Shown piece by piece: positions 10,802 to 20,349 of a DNA stretch of 64,000 nt. The DNA is taken from the NCBI GenBank assembly GCA_050246755.1, contig JBFWVL010000003.1, positions 96,001 through 160,000 on the forward strand, read 5' to 3'. The notes beneath the pieces are model-generated. The model saw only the letters and a program-made list of their open reading frames with translations, was not told the origin of the DNA and did no database searches. This stretch comes from Bacteriovoracia bacterium (GTDB taxonomy: Bacteria > Bdellovibrionota > UBA1018 > CAIPTA01). The position numbers and the translations under genes were made by a program. Numbering within the stretch: position 1 is the first letter of the stretch; each line of letters begins with the position of its first letter.

Positions 10802-11881
10802 ATGAGAATATTTTGGATCAGTTCAATTTTCATGCTGGCCGCGGTGGCGGCCCTGAATTATTCCGTGGACGTGGCGGGGGAGTGGCACGCTAGCGCGCGC
10901 GGAATTCCTCTGCCCCCAACAGGGCAAACAACCCCCGTACCGGAAAATTTCAACGAGCGCATGCTCCGGGCCGAGATGGTGAAGGCCGCCGGGCAGGTCG
11001 ATATCGTGGTGCTCGGCAGCTCACGGGCTTACGGATTTTCTTCCGCTCATTTCGATCCCGCGTTGCGCATGCTGAATCTGAGCATGTCTCGCTCCGTTTT
11101 CCGGGATTTTTTCGGGCTCTGGCGAACGCTCGTGGATTCGAGAAAGAAGCCTTCCACCCTGATCTTGCTCGTGGATCCCTGGATGTTCAATGCGCCGGGA
11201 AACGCCGAGAATTTTCGCTGGAAGGAATTTGCGTTGCGGGTGGCGCAGTTCGAAGCGGACTATTTCCAGGCTGGATCGATGCCCCCTTGGCTTCCCTCTA
11301 GCACTTTTCTCCAGCGTTTACGCTGGAAGGCCGATTCCTGGGCCGGACTGCTAAATTGGGAGCTTTTCCTCCAGAGCGGGAAAGCCGTCTGGAATAAGGA
11401 CTCGAGCGGAGACGCTTCTCCTTCCCAGCGCCGCCTACGTGCGGATGGATCTTATAGCTTGCCCCCACCTGCGGTTTTTGACTTTGCGGTGGAAAGGAAG
11501 CGCATCGATAACGATCCCACGCTGATGAAGGTCTGGGAGCTTGATGAGGACTCTATTCACCAGCTGGCGGCGTTAGTAGAGACGGTCGAAAAATCCGGGG
11601 TGAAGCCCGTGGTGATCGTAGGGCCTTTTCATCCGAAGTTATACGGCGCGCTTAAGGAGAATTCCACGGGCGTGCTTTCGGGAACGGAAAAAGCTTTAAA
11701 CGGGCTCTCCGCGCTTTTGCCGAATTTCCAAGCTGTGTGTAACGGCCTCAATCCGGAAAAATCCGGCTGCGGAGACGAAGACTTTAGTGACTTGCTTCAC
11801 TTCAGCCCGGAATGCGTTACGAGGCTGCTGCGCTTTTGCGGGGTTACTATCGAAGGCCTGAATGGAATATTGCGGCGTTAA
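10802..11881 (+). CDS. Periplasmic SGNH-like partner of the MBOAT (DltD/AlgJ-like)
   Basis: N-terminal TM; VVLGSSR block-I-like motif and DLLH DxxH motif; 1 nt after the MBOAT stop. Confidence 0.6.
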   Translation: MRIFWISSIFMLAAVAALNYSVDVAGEWHASARGIPLPPTGQTTPVPENFNERMLRAEMVKAAGQVDIVVLGSSRAYGFSSAHFDPALRMLNLSMSRSVFRDFFGLWRTLVDSRKKPSTLILLVDPWMFNAPGNAENFRWKEFALRVAQFEADYFQAGSMPPWLPSSTFLQRLRWKADSWAGLLNWELFLQSGKAVWNKDSSGDASPSQRRLRADGSYSLPPPAVFDFAVERKRIDNDPTLMKVWELDEDSIHQLAALVETVEKSGVKPVVIVGPFHPKLYGALKENSTGVLSGTEKALNGLSALLPNFQAVCNGLNPEKSGCGDEDFSDLLHFSPECVTRLLRFCGVTIEGLNGILRR

Positions 11882-12336
11882 GGCTTCTTCATCCCTAGAA
11901 TAATTCTCCACTCCGCCTCGCTCACCGGCTGCACCGAGAGCCGCGAGCCTTTCTGCAGGAGAAGCATCTTCGCCAAGGCCTTCTCTGCCCGGAGTTGCGC
12001 CAGCGTGATCACTTCGGAAAAAGCTTCCACGAATTCCACTTCCACTAAAAACCAGATTGGCTTCTCCTTGGTGGCCTTGGGGTCGTAGTAGTCCGATTTT
12101 TTATCGAACTGGGTTGGGTCGGGGTGAGATTCCTGGGAAATTTTCGCAATGCCCGCGATGCCGGTGGGTTCCGCGTTGGAGTGGTAGAAAAATACCAGGT
12201 CGCCCTTTTTCATGTCGTCGCGCATGTAGTTGCGGGCCTGGTAGTTGCGTACTCCGTCCCAGGCGGTTTTTTTCTTTTTCCGAAGATCCTCGATGCTGAA
12301 AAGATCGGGTTCGCATTTCATCAGCCAATATTTCAT
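11878..12336 (-). CDS. EVE domain protein
   Basis: YWLMKCEP, WDGVRNYQARN, FFYHS and SRLSVQPV motifs. Confidence 0.93.
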   Translation of the reverse strand: MKYWLMKCEPDLFSIEDLRKKKKTAWDGVRNYQARNYMRDDMKKGDLVFFYHSNAEPTGIAGIAKISQESHPDPTQFDKKSDYYDPKATKEKPIWFLVEVEFVEAFSEVITLAQLRAEKALAKMLLLQKGSRLSVQPVSEAEWRIILGMKKP

Positions 12337-13040
12337 ACGAGCTCCAGTTGGGCGATCGGGCCGTCCCCTTCGAAAGAAAGGGCCAGTACTTCGGAGTAAC
12401 GGTCCACTTCGAGGGCGAGGCGCACGTCATCTACGCCGGTATTCACCAATTTTTTGGCGAGCACTTCGGGCCGCGGGCTCGCGAGAATTTTTTCTTTGGC
12501 CTGGGCCGCGCATTGGCGCACGAAATCGGGGATATTCGAAAAGCCCTCGATGGCGGTGGCCACGGCCTGGGCGGCGATTTCGTCTTCGATCTGGGTGGAG
12601 CCGGGCAAGGCGGCGGGAATCAGGGTGATAGGGGCGTCCACGGCGGTCAGCGTGCGGATCAGCGCCGAAAAATTCACGAAGGAGCCCACGAAAACTTTTT
12701 TGAAACCGCGGGCGGCGAACATAGCCGGCGTGCCGGTGGTAGTGGCCACGAGCGAAGTGGAAGGCCCCGAAGTGGGATGAAGTAGGGCCTGGTGCGGGGA
12801 ATTGTCGAAGCGCTCCAGGCAGACCGAGGGCTGGGAGAGCTCGGAGAAAACACGCCAGTTGGGCAAGCGAGGATCTCCCTGTACGGACTGGATCGAGGGT
12901 GCCACGTAGACGGGGCCGAGTTTACGTCCGTTGAGGGTATAAATAGTGGAGGAGCAGCGGAAGATATCGAAAACTACCGCCACGCCTTCGGGGGAGGAGA
13001 AGCCTTCGGTCCAGGTGCGGATGCTGAGGGATCTGTTCAT
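12333..13040 (-). CDS. 2-phosphosulfolactate phosphatase (ComB) family protein
   Basis: [21 protein letters not shown] and IEDEIAA motifs; ATGA overlap with the EVE gene. Confidence 0.75.
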   Translation of the reverse strand: MNRSLSIRTWTEGFSSPEGVAVVFDIFRCSSTIYTLNGRKLGPVYVAPSIQSVQGDPRLPNWRVFSELSQPSVCLERFDNSPHQALLHPTSGPSTSLVATTTGTPAMFAARGFKKVFVGSFVNFSALIRTLTAVDAPITLIPAALPGSTQIEDEIAAQAVATAIEGFSNIPDFVRQCAAQAKEKILASPRPEVLAKKLVNTGVDDVRLALEVDRYSEVLALSFEGDGPIAQLELV

Positions 13041-13123
13041 ATTTACTCAGATATTGCCATCGCTCCGGCGATGGGGCGATGCGGTATTTGCGTGTGGAGG
13101 GGAATCCGCTAGGATGGCAGGCC

Positions 13124-14386
13124 ATGGATCTTTTTTCGCCCCTAAAGAAAACCGAAAAAGCCGAGCTTCCCCTCGCGGAGCGGATGCGTCCGCGCACGCT
13201 GGCCGAGGTGGTGGGGCAAGTGCATTTGATCGGCGAAGGCAAGCCGCTCTCGAAATTCGCGGAGAATCCCCCGAGCCTGATTTTCTGGGGCCCTCCCGGG
13301 GTGGGGAAAACCACGCTCGCCAAGTTACTCACCGGCGACCGGCCCTTCTACCAAATATCCGCCGTGCTCGACGGGGTGGCGGAGCTGAGAAAAGTAATCG
13401 AGTCCCTGCGCCACGAAACCCGCCGGGCGGTGCTCTTCGTGGACGAGATCCACCGCTGGAATAAAGCGCAGCAGGATTCGCTTTTGCCTTACCTCGAGAA
13501 CGGGACCTTCACGCTGATCGGTGCCACCACGGAGAATCCTTCCTTCTCGCTGATCGCGCCCCTGCTTTCTCGCACCAAGGTGCTCACGCTGAAATCTCTG
13601 GGCAAGGAAGATATCAAGCTCGTGCTGCAAACGGCGCTGCAAGATAGAGAGCGCGGGCTGGCCGCGAAGTTCGTAACGGTAGACGAAGACGCCATGGACT
13701 TTCTCGCGGAAGACGCATCGGGAGACGCGCGCAAAGCGTTGCATACCCTCGAGATCGCGGCCGGGCTCAGTCATCGAATCACCCTCGAGCTCCTGAAGTC
13801 TGTTTTGCAAAAACGCACCCTTCGTTACGACAAAACCGGCGAGCAGCACTATGATATTATTTCGGCCTTCATTAAAAGCATGCGGGGCTCTGACGCCGAC
13901 GCGGCCATTTATTATCTGGCCCGGATGTACGAGAGCGGGGAAGACCCGCGCTTTCTCGCCCGCCGTATGGTGATCTTCGCCGCCGAAGACGTGGGCCTGG
14001 GCGATCCTCGGGCCCTGCAGGTGGCGGTGGCCGCGGCCGAAGCCTTCGATCGCGTTGGGCAAGCGGAAGGCTGGATCCCTCTTTCGGAAGCCGCCGTTTA
14101 TCTTGCGCTGGCGCCCAAAAGCAATGCTTCCTATATGGCCTATAAGCGCGCGAAAGAAGCGGTGGAAAAGTATGGAGACCTACCGGTGCCCCTCCACCTG
14201 CGCAATGCGCCCACCGCGCTGATGAAAGATCTCGGCTACGGCAAAGGCTACGAATACGCCCACGACAAAGAGGGCGGGCAGGTGGCGCACAAGCATTTGC
14301 CGGAAGAGATCGAGGACGAGAAATTTTACGTTCCCGGAACACGAGGGTTTGAAAAGCTTATTTTCGAGAAGAAGGACAAAGGATGA
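13124..14386 (+). CDS. rarA: Replication-associated recombination protein A (MgsA)
   Basis: [41 protein letters not shown] and [10 protein letters not shown] motifs; start refined to ATG 13124. Confidence 0.95.
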   Translation: MDLFSPLKKTEKAELPLAERMRPRTLAEVVGQVHLIGEGKPLSKFAENPPSLIFWGPPGVGKTTLAKLLTGDRPFYQISAVLDGVAELRKVIESLRHETRRAVLFVDEIHRWNKAQQDSLLPYLENGTFTLIGATTENPSFSLIAPLLSRTKVLTLKSLGKEDIKLVLQTALQDRERGLAAKFVTVDEDAMDFLAEDASGDARKALHTLEIAAGLSHRITLELLKSVLQKRTLRYDKTGEQHYDIISAFIKSMRGSDADAAIYYLARMYESGEDPRFLARRMVIFAAEDVGLGDPRALQVAVAAAEAFDRVGQAEGWIPLSEAAVYLALAPKSNASYMAYKRAKEAVEKYGDLPVPLHLRNAPTALMKDLGYGKGYEYAHDKEGGQVAHKHLPEEIEDEKFYVPGTRGFEKLIFEKKDKG

Positions 14387-15657
14387 TTCGTTATTGGCTG
14401 GCAGCTTTCCTATTTTTAGTTTCTTCCTGTTCCCGTGCACCGCTCGAGGATCCTAATAAATTATTTCGGCCCGCCGACGAAGTTCCTGCGCTGGCCGATA
14501 GCTTTCCCATTGAAACCTTACGCGACGCCCTGAAGCGCACGCTCGTGGCCTACGAGAGTTCTTCGATTATTCCCAGCGAATTTCGTTTCGCCGGCCGTAC
14601 GGTGAGCCGGGCCGACTACCGTCTCGCGTTACAGGCCCTGGCGCCGGAAATGGAGAATATCAATCGGTTCCAGGCGTTCGTGAGGGAAAATTTTGATTTT
14701 TACGAGGTATACGGGCGCGATAAATGGGGCGAGATTTTTTCCACCGGCTACTACGAAGTGAAAATGCACGGGAGCCGCAAAAAAACCAAGGCGTTCAGCC
14801 AACCCATCTACCGCACACCCGCCGATTTGGTCTCGATCGATCTCTCGGCCTATGCGCTCCGCTATCCCGATATGAAGGCCGCCCAGCTCGCGGTGCTGGA
14901 ACAGAAGTCGAAGACTCCGATCTGGCGCGGGCGCCTGATCGCGGAAAGCAAGAAGGTGGTTCCTTATTACGACCGCGCGGAGATCGAGCGCACCCAGGCT
15001 TTGGCCGGCAAGAAGAGCGAGATCGCCTGGGTGGATCCGATCGACGCCTTTTTTCTCGAAATCCAGGGTTCCGGCACCGTGCTGCTTCCCAACGGAAAAA
15101 GCATCCGCGTGGGCTACGCGGCCCAGAACGGCTGGCCCTACCAGGCCATCGGAAAATTCCTCTTCGATGTGATTCCTAAAGAACAAATGAGCATGCAGCG
15201 GATCCGGCAATTCCTCCAGGCGCTTCCCCGCGAAAAGCAGCAGGAAATTTTCGATAAAAATCCGAGTTACGTATTTTTTCAGGAATTGAAGTCGCTTTCG
15301 CTTACCTACTCGGGCGCCGAGGTTACTCCGGCGCGCACGATTGCCACCGACCAGGTTCTTTATCCCAAGGGGACCTTGGGTTTTTTGGATGTTGAGCTCC
15401 CCGTTTTTGCCGACGACACCGCGCTCGAGCCCGCGAGCTGGGAAGCCAAGCCGCGCTGGGTTTTTGACCAAGACACGGGCGGAGCGATCCGGGGCGGGGG
15501 CCGCGTGGATCTTTATATGGGCGACGACGAGCAGGCCGCGCGCCAGGCTGGCGTGATGAAGCGCACGGGAAAATTGTGGGTAGTGGCGCCCAAAGAAAGT
15601 TTTTTGGCGAAATTAAAATCTACCGCGCCGGCGATACCGGTGGTGCCGGGTCGCTAG
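14383..15657 (+). CDS. mltA: Membrane-bound lytic transglycosylase A
   Basis: Lipoprotein-like signal; TGYYE, FFLEIQGSG, NPSYVFF and QDTGGAIRG..RVDLYMG (3D domain). Confidence 0.92.
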   Translation: MIRYWLAAFLFLVSSCSRAPLEDPNKLFRPADEVPALADSFPIETLRDALKRTLVAYESSSIIPSEFRFAGRTVSRADYRLALQALAPEMENINRFQAFVRENFDFYEVYGRDKWGEIFSTGYYEVKMHGSRKKTKAFSQPIYRTPADLVSIDLSAYALRYPDMKAAQLAVLEQKSKTPIWRGRLIAESKKVVPYYDRAEIERTQALAGKKSEIAWVDPIDAFFLEIQGSGTVLLPNGKSIRVGYAAQNGWPYQAIGKFLFDVIPKEQMSMQRIRQFLQALPREKQQEIFDKNPSYVFFQELKSLSLTYSGAEVTPARTIATDQVLYPKGTLGFLDVELPVFADDTALEPASWEAKPRWVFDQDTGGAIRGGGRVDLYMGDDEQAARQAGVMKRTGKLWVVAPKESFLAKLKSTAPAIPVVPGR

Positions 15658-16495
15658 CTTCGGGGTCTTCGTCGGGGCCGACTACGGGTTCCGAGGAGGG
15701 CGTTTTCGGTTTGGCGGTTTCGGGCTTTTTCTTTTCTATTTTCTTCTCCACGATAGCCGCGGAGGTTCCCACGTACATGAGGCTCCCGCCCTTAAGCCGG
15801 TCGATCGTGGCGCGCACGATAATCGGATCGAGCACGAAGCAGCCCCAGCTGCGGCCGGCGGCGCCCACGAGCTCGCTCACGTAGGTGGCGGAATGAATCA
15901 CCACGGCTCGTTCCTCGGCGCGGAAATTGGAATCCTCGAGACCGCGCAGACGCAGGGAATATCCATGTGAGCCCGTATAAGGGTTGAGCGTTAGGTAAGT
16001 GCCGAGTGAGCTCTGGAGAGACTCCTCTTCGTTGGAAAACTGATTGGCCACGCCGTCGTTCTGGGGATCGGAATTTTTTCCGTGGGTGGTCAGGAGCTCG
16101 TCCACGCGGCCCGCTTCCAGGTCGAATACGTAGAAGCGACGCTCGGTGGATTTTTTGCCGAGGTCCACTACCGTCATGAAGCGGTTCACCTCGGTATCGC
16201 GGGACCAGTAGTCGTAGGCGAGGGAGGCTTTTTCGTATACTTCGCGGGAAAGATTCCAGGCGGGATCAAATTCCGGCATCCGGTATTCTTTGCGTTTTGC
16301 GTAGTCTTTGCGGCGCGGAAGGCGGCGTGGGAGGGGCAGGGGAATCTGGCCGGGAGCCAAATTTCTAACCGAAGGCTCGGCTTCTTCGGTGGCGGTTTCT
16401 GCGGCGAAAACGGTGGTGGCCGTAAGAAAGACCGCGATCAGCAGCAAGCTGATCCATCGCCAGTATTTTTGTTTAGCGTGCTTAAGAATACGCAT
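15620..16495 (-). CDS. Murein L,D-transpeptidase catalytic domain protein (YkuD_2), copy 1, Sec signal
   Basis: THGKNS, SLQSSLG, YSLRLRGL and VIHSATYV...GRSWGCF. Confidence 0.88.
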   Translation of the reverse strand: MRILKHAKQKYWRWISLLLIAVFLTATTVFAAETATEEAEPSVRNLAPGQIPLPLPRRLPRRKDYAKRKEYRMPEFDPAWNLSREVYEKASLAYDYWSRDTEVNRFMTVVDLGKKSTERRFYVFDLEAGRVDELLTTHGKNSDPQNDGVANQFSNEEESLQSSLGTYLTLNPYTGSHGYSLRLRGLEDSNFRAEERAVVIHSATYVSELVGAAGRSWGCFVLDPIIVRATIDRLKGGSLMYVGTSAAIVEKKIEKKKPETAKPKTPSSEPVVGPDEDPEASDPAPPVSPAR

Positions 16496-16527
16496 TATTT
16501 CCCCAGAAGCCCACGTTATGACGCGGC

Positions 16528-16556
16528 ATCCTAGATTTCTGGGGCTTATTAGTCAA
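16528..16556 (-). promoter_or_regulatory. sigma70-type promoter of LDT copy 1
   Basis: TTGACT-17 nt-TAGGAT on the minus strand. Confidence 0.6.
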
Positions 16557-16565
16557 GTACGACTT

Positions 16566-17483
16566 TTATTTTGCGATATAGAGGAGAGATCCACCGAGGA
16601 GGTGGTTGATCACGGATTTGGAAACTTTTGGATCAAGAGCCAAACAGCCCCAGCTGCGGCCGGCCCGGCCCAGCTCTTCATTCACGTAAGGGGCTGAATG
16701 AATTACGATTCCACGCTTTTCGGCGTTCGAATTACTGGGTGCCAGCCCACGCAACCGTAATGAGTAACCATTGAGGCCTTCGTAAGAATCGAGGGTCATA
16801 AAAAAACCCAGGGAGCTTTGCAGAGAATTTTCCGTATTTGAAAAGTCGCTCGCGATCCCGATATTTTGGGGATCGGAATTGGTGCCGTGGGTGGTGAGGA
16901 GGCGGATCACCTGGGATTTGCGGAGATCGAAGATGAAGAAACGCTTTTCACTGGAGTGCTTGGAAAAATCCACCACCGTTACGTAGTAGGGATTTTTGAA
17001 AAATAGGCGGTTGGCCTGGTAGTAAGCGGCCGCGTGCTCATAGTGTTCAGCGCTCAGGCCCCAGGAGGCCTGGAATTCGGGCATTTTCAGGAGGGCGAAC
17101 GGGGCCACGGGAGTGGAATTGCGGGGAACTTCAGGCGTGAAAGGCTGGGGAGCTGCGGGTGCGGCCTTGGCCGGAGCCGGTTCTGGTTCCGGGGCGATCA
17201 CGGTAGGAACAGTGGTTTCCGTTTTCGCGGGTGCCGCCGGGACATTTTCATTAGCGGCAGGGGGCGCAGCTACTGGGGTTGGCGCGGGGGCTTCGTTAGG
17301 TTTCGTGGGAACAAAGGGAAGGACTTCGTAGGAAAGAACGTCTGGGGTTGCGGAATTTTCTTCCTGGGAAGCAGTGGGGGAAAGCATAGCGCGAGGGCCA
17401 CGATATTCTTTTCCGCAGGCAGAAAGCAGCACGATTACCATGCAGCTAAGAGCTTTCAACTTTGGTTCAACATTCAGCTTCAT
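16566..17483 (-). CDS. Murein L,D-transpeptidase (YkuD_2), copy 2, lipoprotein with Pro/Ala linker
   Basis: LLSAC lipobox; THGTNS, SLQSSLG and IHSAPYV...GRSWGCL. Confidence 0.88.
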   Translation of the reverse strand: MKLNVEPKLKALSCMVIVLLSACGKEYRGPRAMLSPTASQEENSATPDVLSYEVLPFVPTKPNEAPAPTPVAAPPAANENVPAAPAKTETTVPTVIAPEPEPAPAKAAPAAPQPFTPEVPRNSTPVAPFALLKMPEFQASWGLSAEHYEHAAAYYQANRLFFKNPYYVTVVDFSKHSSEKRFFIFDLRKSQVIRLLTTHGTNSDPQNIGIASDFSNTENSLQSSLGFFMTLDSYEGLNGYSLRLRGLAPSNSNAEKRGIVIHSAPYVNEELGRAGRSWGCLALDPKVSKSVINHLLGGSLLYIAK

Positions 17484-17526
17484 AGCAACCTTTCCCCAGT
17501 GCCTAGGGCAATGGTGAATGGTTGCG

Positions 17527-17555
17527 ATACTACTTTAAATGACTAAATTAGTCAA
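17527..17555 (-). promoter_or_regulatory. sigma70-type promoter of LDT copy 2 with an overlapping palindrome
   Basis: TTGACT-17 nt-TAGTAT; palindrome TGACTAA-A-TTAGTCA at 17540-17554. Confidence 0.65.
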
Positions 17556-17575
17556 GTAAAGAGTGCTGATTTTAT

Positions 17576-18328
17576 CTAACGATTTCGCCACTTTCGAGCT
17601 TCACTGGCATCATAGTCGATCAGAAGCAGGCTACCGTCACGCAAGCGGTCGATAATCTTTTTGGAATATTTGGGGTCCACGGCCGGGCAGCCAAAGCTGC
17701 GTCCGGCGTAGTTATTCGCATCCGAAACGTAGTCTGCGGGGTGCATCACGATATCGCGCTCTTCGGCCTTGGAGTTCGTGGATTCTAGGCCCCTGAGGCG
17801 TAGCGAATAGCCGTGGGAGCCGTTATAGGTTTTGAGGGTTAGGTAAAAACCCAGGGAGCTCTGCAGGGAATCCACCGTATTGGAAAATTCGGTGGGGAAA
17901 CCATCGTTGTCGGGGTCGGAGTTTTTGCCGTGGCTCGTGGCGTGCAGCTCTACCGTGCCGGCCTTGAGGTCGAATAAATAAAATCTATGGTGGCTCGAAG
18001 GCTGACTAAAGTCCACGATCGTCGCGTAGCGGGCATTGGGAATAAGGTCGAGGTTTCGGTTATAATACGCTTTCATTTTTTCATAGGTGGCGCGTCCCAT
18101 TTTCCAGTCCGGATCGAATTCGGGAAAACGGTAGGAAGCGGAAGGAACCGAAGGGGCCTGGGGCGGCGCGGGAACACCGGGAGGGGTTTCCGGTGCTACC
18201 GGGGCGTTCACGGTTTTCTCGCATTTTGCGCCCGTGCAGGTTTCTTCGAGCTGCCCCGTCTGGCCGCAAGCCGAGAGGGCGAATGCCGCCAGAAGAAGAG
18301 ATACCTGCCTTACACTGAATAGGTTCAC
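17576..18328 (-). CDS. Murein L,D-transpeptidase (YkuD_2), copy 3, lipoprotein
   Basis: ALSAC lipobox; SHGKNS, SLQSSLG and MHPADYV...GRSFGCP. Confidence 0.88.
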   Translation of the reverse strand: MNLFSVRQVSLLLAAFALSACGQTGQLEETCTGAKCEKTVNAPVAPETPPGVPAPPQAPSVPSASYRFPEFDPDWKMGRATYEKMKAYYNRNLDLIPNARYATIVDFSQPSSHHRFYLFDLKAGTVELHATSHGKNSDPDNDGFPTEFSNTVDSLQSSLGFYLTLKTYNGSHGYSLRLRGLESTNSKAEERDIVMHPADYVSDANNYAGRSFGCPAVDPKYSKKIIDRLRDGSLLLIDYDASEARKWRNR

Positions 18329-18420
18329 CTACTACCGGTCGGTAGGGTGCGTTATCTTCTTTATTAAAACGGTGAGCGGTAAGGTTTTCTCAGGCCCTCA
18401 CCGCCTACCAGGTGGGCCGG

Positions 18421-20046
18421 CTAGCCTAGAAAGGGGTAACGGTAGTTCGTGGGCGGTGCAAAGGTTTCTTTGATGGCCCGGGCGGAAGTCCAACGCAGGA
18501 GGTTCAGAACCGATCCGGCCTTATCGTTGGTGCCCGAAGCGCGGGCGCCGCCGAAGGGTTGCTGACCCACTACGGCTCCCGTGGGTTTATCGTTGATATA
18601 GAAGTTTCCGGCGGCGTAGCGCAGGCGTTCGGTGGCATGCGCGATCACTTTGCGGTCGCGCGAGAAGAAGGCGCCGGTGAGGGCGTAGTCGGTGCTTTGG
18701 TCGCAGATATCGAGCGTGGCCTCGAAATCCTTCTCCTCGTAGATATAAACGGTGAGCACGGGCCCAAACAGTTCTTCGCACATCGTTTCCATTTTAGGAT
18801 TTTTCGTCTCGATCACGGTAGGCTGCACGAAATAGCCCACGCTTTTGTCGGTTTTGCCTCCGAACACAATGCGCGCGTCGGGATTCTTCTTGGCACGCTC
18901 GATGTAGCCCGTGAGCTTATCGAAGCTTTTCTCGTCGATCACGGCGCCCACGAAATTACTAAAGTCGTTAGGATCGCCCATTTTGATTTCGCTCAGCTGG
19001 GAAAGCATTTCCTTTTCGATATCTTTCCAGAGCGCGCGGGGTAGGTAAGCGCGGGAAGCCGCTGAGCATTTCTGGCCTTGGTACTCGAAGGCGCCGCGCA
19101 CGAGAGCGGTGGCCACTTCTCTGGCATCCGAATCGCTGTGCACGAACACGAAATCTTTTCCGCCGGTTTCGCCCACCACGCGCGGGTAGGAGCGGTAGCG
19201 GCCTACGGAATTGCCGATCGTTTTCCAAATATTATTGAACACGGCGGTGGAGCCCGTGAAATGAACGCCCGCGAAATCCCGGTGTTCGAGCATTAAATTT
19301 GCGATTCCGGCGCTGGGGCCGGGAAGGAAATTCACCACGCCCGGGGGCAGGCCGGCTTCCTCGAGCAGCTTCATGATCCAGTAGCCCGAGAAAAGCGAGG
19401 TGGCGCTGGGTTTCCAGAGGGCCACGTTTCCGAGGAGCGCGGGGGCGGTAGGCAGGTTTCCGGCGATCGAGGTGAAATTGAAGGGGGTGATCGCGAGCAC
19501 GAAACCTTCGAGGGGCCGGTATTCCATTCGATTCCAAACGCCGGGAGAGCTCTCGGGCTGCTCCGCATAGATTTTCTTTAAATAAGAAGCATTGAAGCGG
19601 AAGAAATCGATCAACTCACAGGCGGAATCAATCTCGGCTTGGTGCACCGTTTTCGATTGGTTGAGCATGGTGGCGGCATTGAGGATGGGGCGGAATTTTC
19701 CCGCGAGCAGGTCGGCTGCTTTTAAGAAAACGGCCGCGCGGTCCTGCCACTGCAATTGTTCCCAGTCTTTTTTTGCTTTAGCCGAAGCTTCGATTGCCAG
19801 CTTCACTTCTTTTTCGCCGGCCTGGTGCACGTTGGCGAGCACGCGGGAATGAGCGTGGGGCTCGATAGCCTTAATCGTATTTCCGGTGCGGATTTCTTTG
19901 CCGCCGATAATGAGCGGGATATCGAGGGCTTCGGAGCGGAATGTCTTCAGCTGTTGCTCCACCGTTTTGCGGGCCGCATCGCCCGGGGCATAGGGAAGCA
20001 CGGGCTCATTTATTGGCTTGGGCAGTTCAAAATGGGCGTTATTCAT
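18421..20046 (-). CDS. pruA: L-glutamate gamma-semialdehyde (P5C) dehydrogenase
   Basis: QAEIDSACELIDF, PFNFTSI, GETGGKDF, FEYQGQKCSA and QQPFGGARASGTNDKAG motifs. Confidence 0.95.
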   Translation of the reverse strand: MNNAHFELPKPINEPVLPYAPGDAARKTVEQQLKTFRSEALDIPLIIGGKEIRTGNTIKAIEPHAHSRVLANVHQAGEKEVKLAIEASAKAKKDWEQLQWQDRAAVFLKAADLLAGKFRPILNAATMLNQSKTVHQAEIDSACELIDFFRFNASYLKKIYAEQPESSPGVWNRMEYRPLEGFVLAITPFNFTSIAGNLPTAPALLGNVALWKPSATSLFSGYWIMKLLEEAGLPPGVVNFLPGPSAGIANLMLEHRDFAGVHFTGSTAVFNNIWKTIGNSVGRYRSYPRVVGETGGKDFVFVHSDSDAREVATALVRGAFEYQGQKCSAASRAYLPRALWKDIEKEMLSQLSEIKMGDPNDFSNFVGAVIDEKSFDKLTGYIERAKKNPDARIVFGGKTDKSVGYFVQPTVIETKNPKMETMCEELFGPVLTVYIYEEKDFEATLDICDQSTDYALTGAFFSRDRKVIAHATERLRYAAGNFYINDKPTGAVVGQQPFGGARASGTNDKAGSVLNLLRWTSARAIKETFAPPTNYRYPFLG

Positions 20047-20265
20047 AGAAAACCTCGAAAATGATTTCTCTATCTATAACGGAGGCCATTTCCTCAATCC
20101 AGTACGAAAGAGGAGTGATTTTCATGGCTTAGGACTGGCTTTCTCTCTGGGGCCTAAAGTGCTCTATTACTTCGTCAATCACTAAAATTTATTAATAAAA
20201 ACAAATGGATATAAAGAAAGTGGAAAGTAATTGAGCGAAACCATCCATTTTCCCTGACTCTATAG

Positions 20266-20294
20266 TTGACAACTGTAGTCAAGCGGAATAAGAT
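20266..20294 (+). promoter_or_regulatory. sigma70-type promoter with an overlapping TTGAC-N7-GTCAA palindrome
   Basis: TTGACA-17 nt-TAAGAT; TTGAC-AACTGTA-GTCAA at 20266-20282. Confidence 0.65.
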
Positions 20295-20349
20295 GCACAG
20301 CGTTAAAGGACCCCAATAGCCTTTGATAAGAAAAAAGAGGACAAAGCAA

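Noticed and set aside
17561-17569. GAGTGCTGA resembling a CIRCE half-site
   Set aside because: The matching TTAGCACTC half is absent and the site is not near heat-shock genes.
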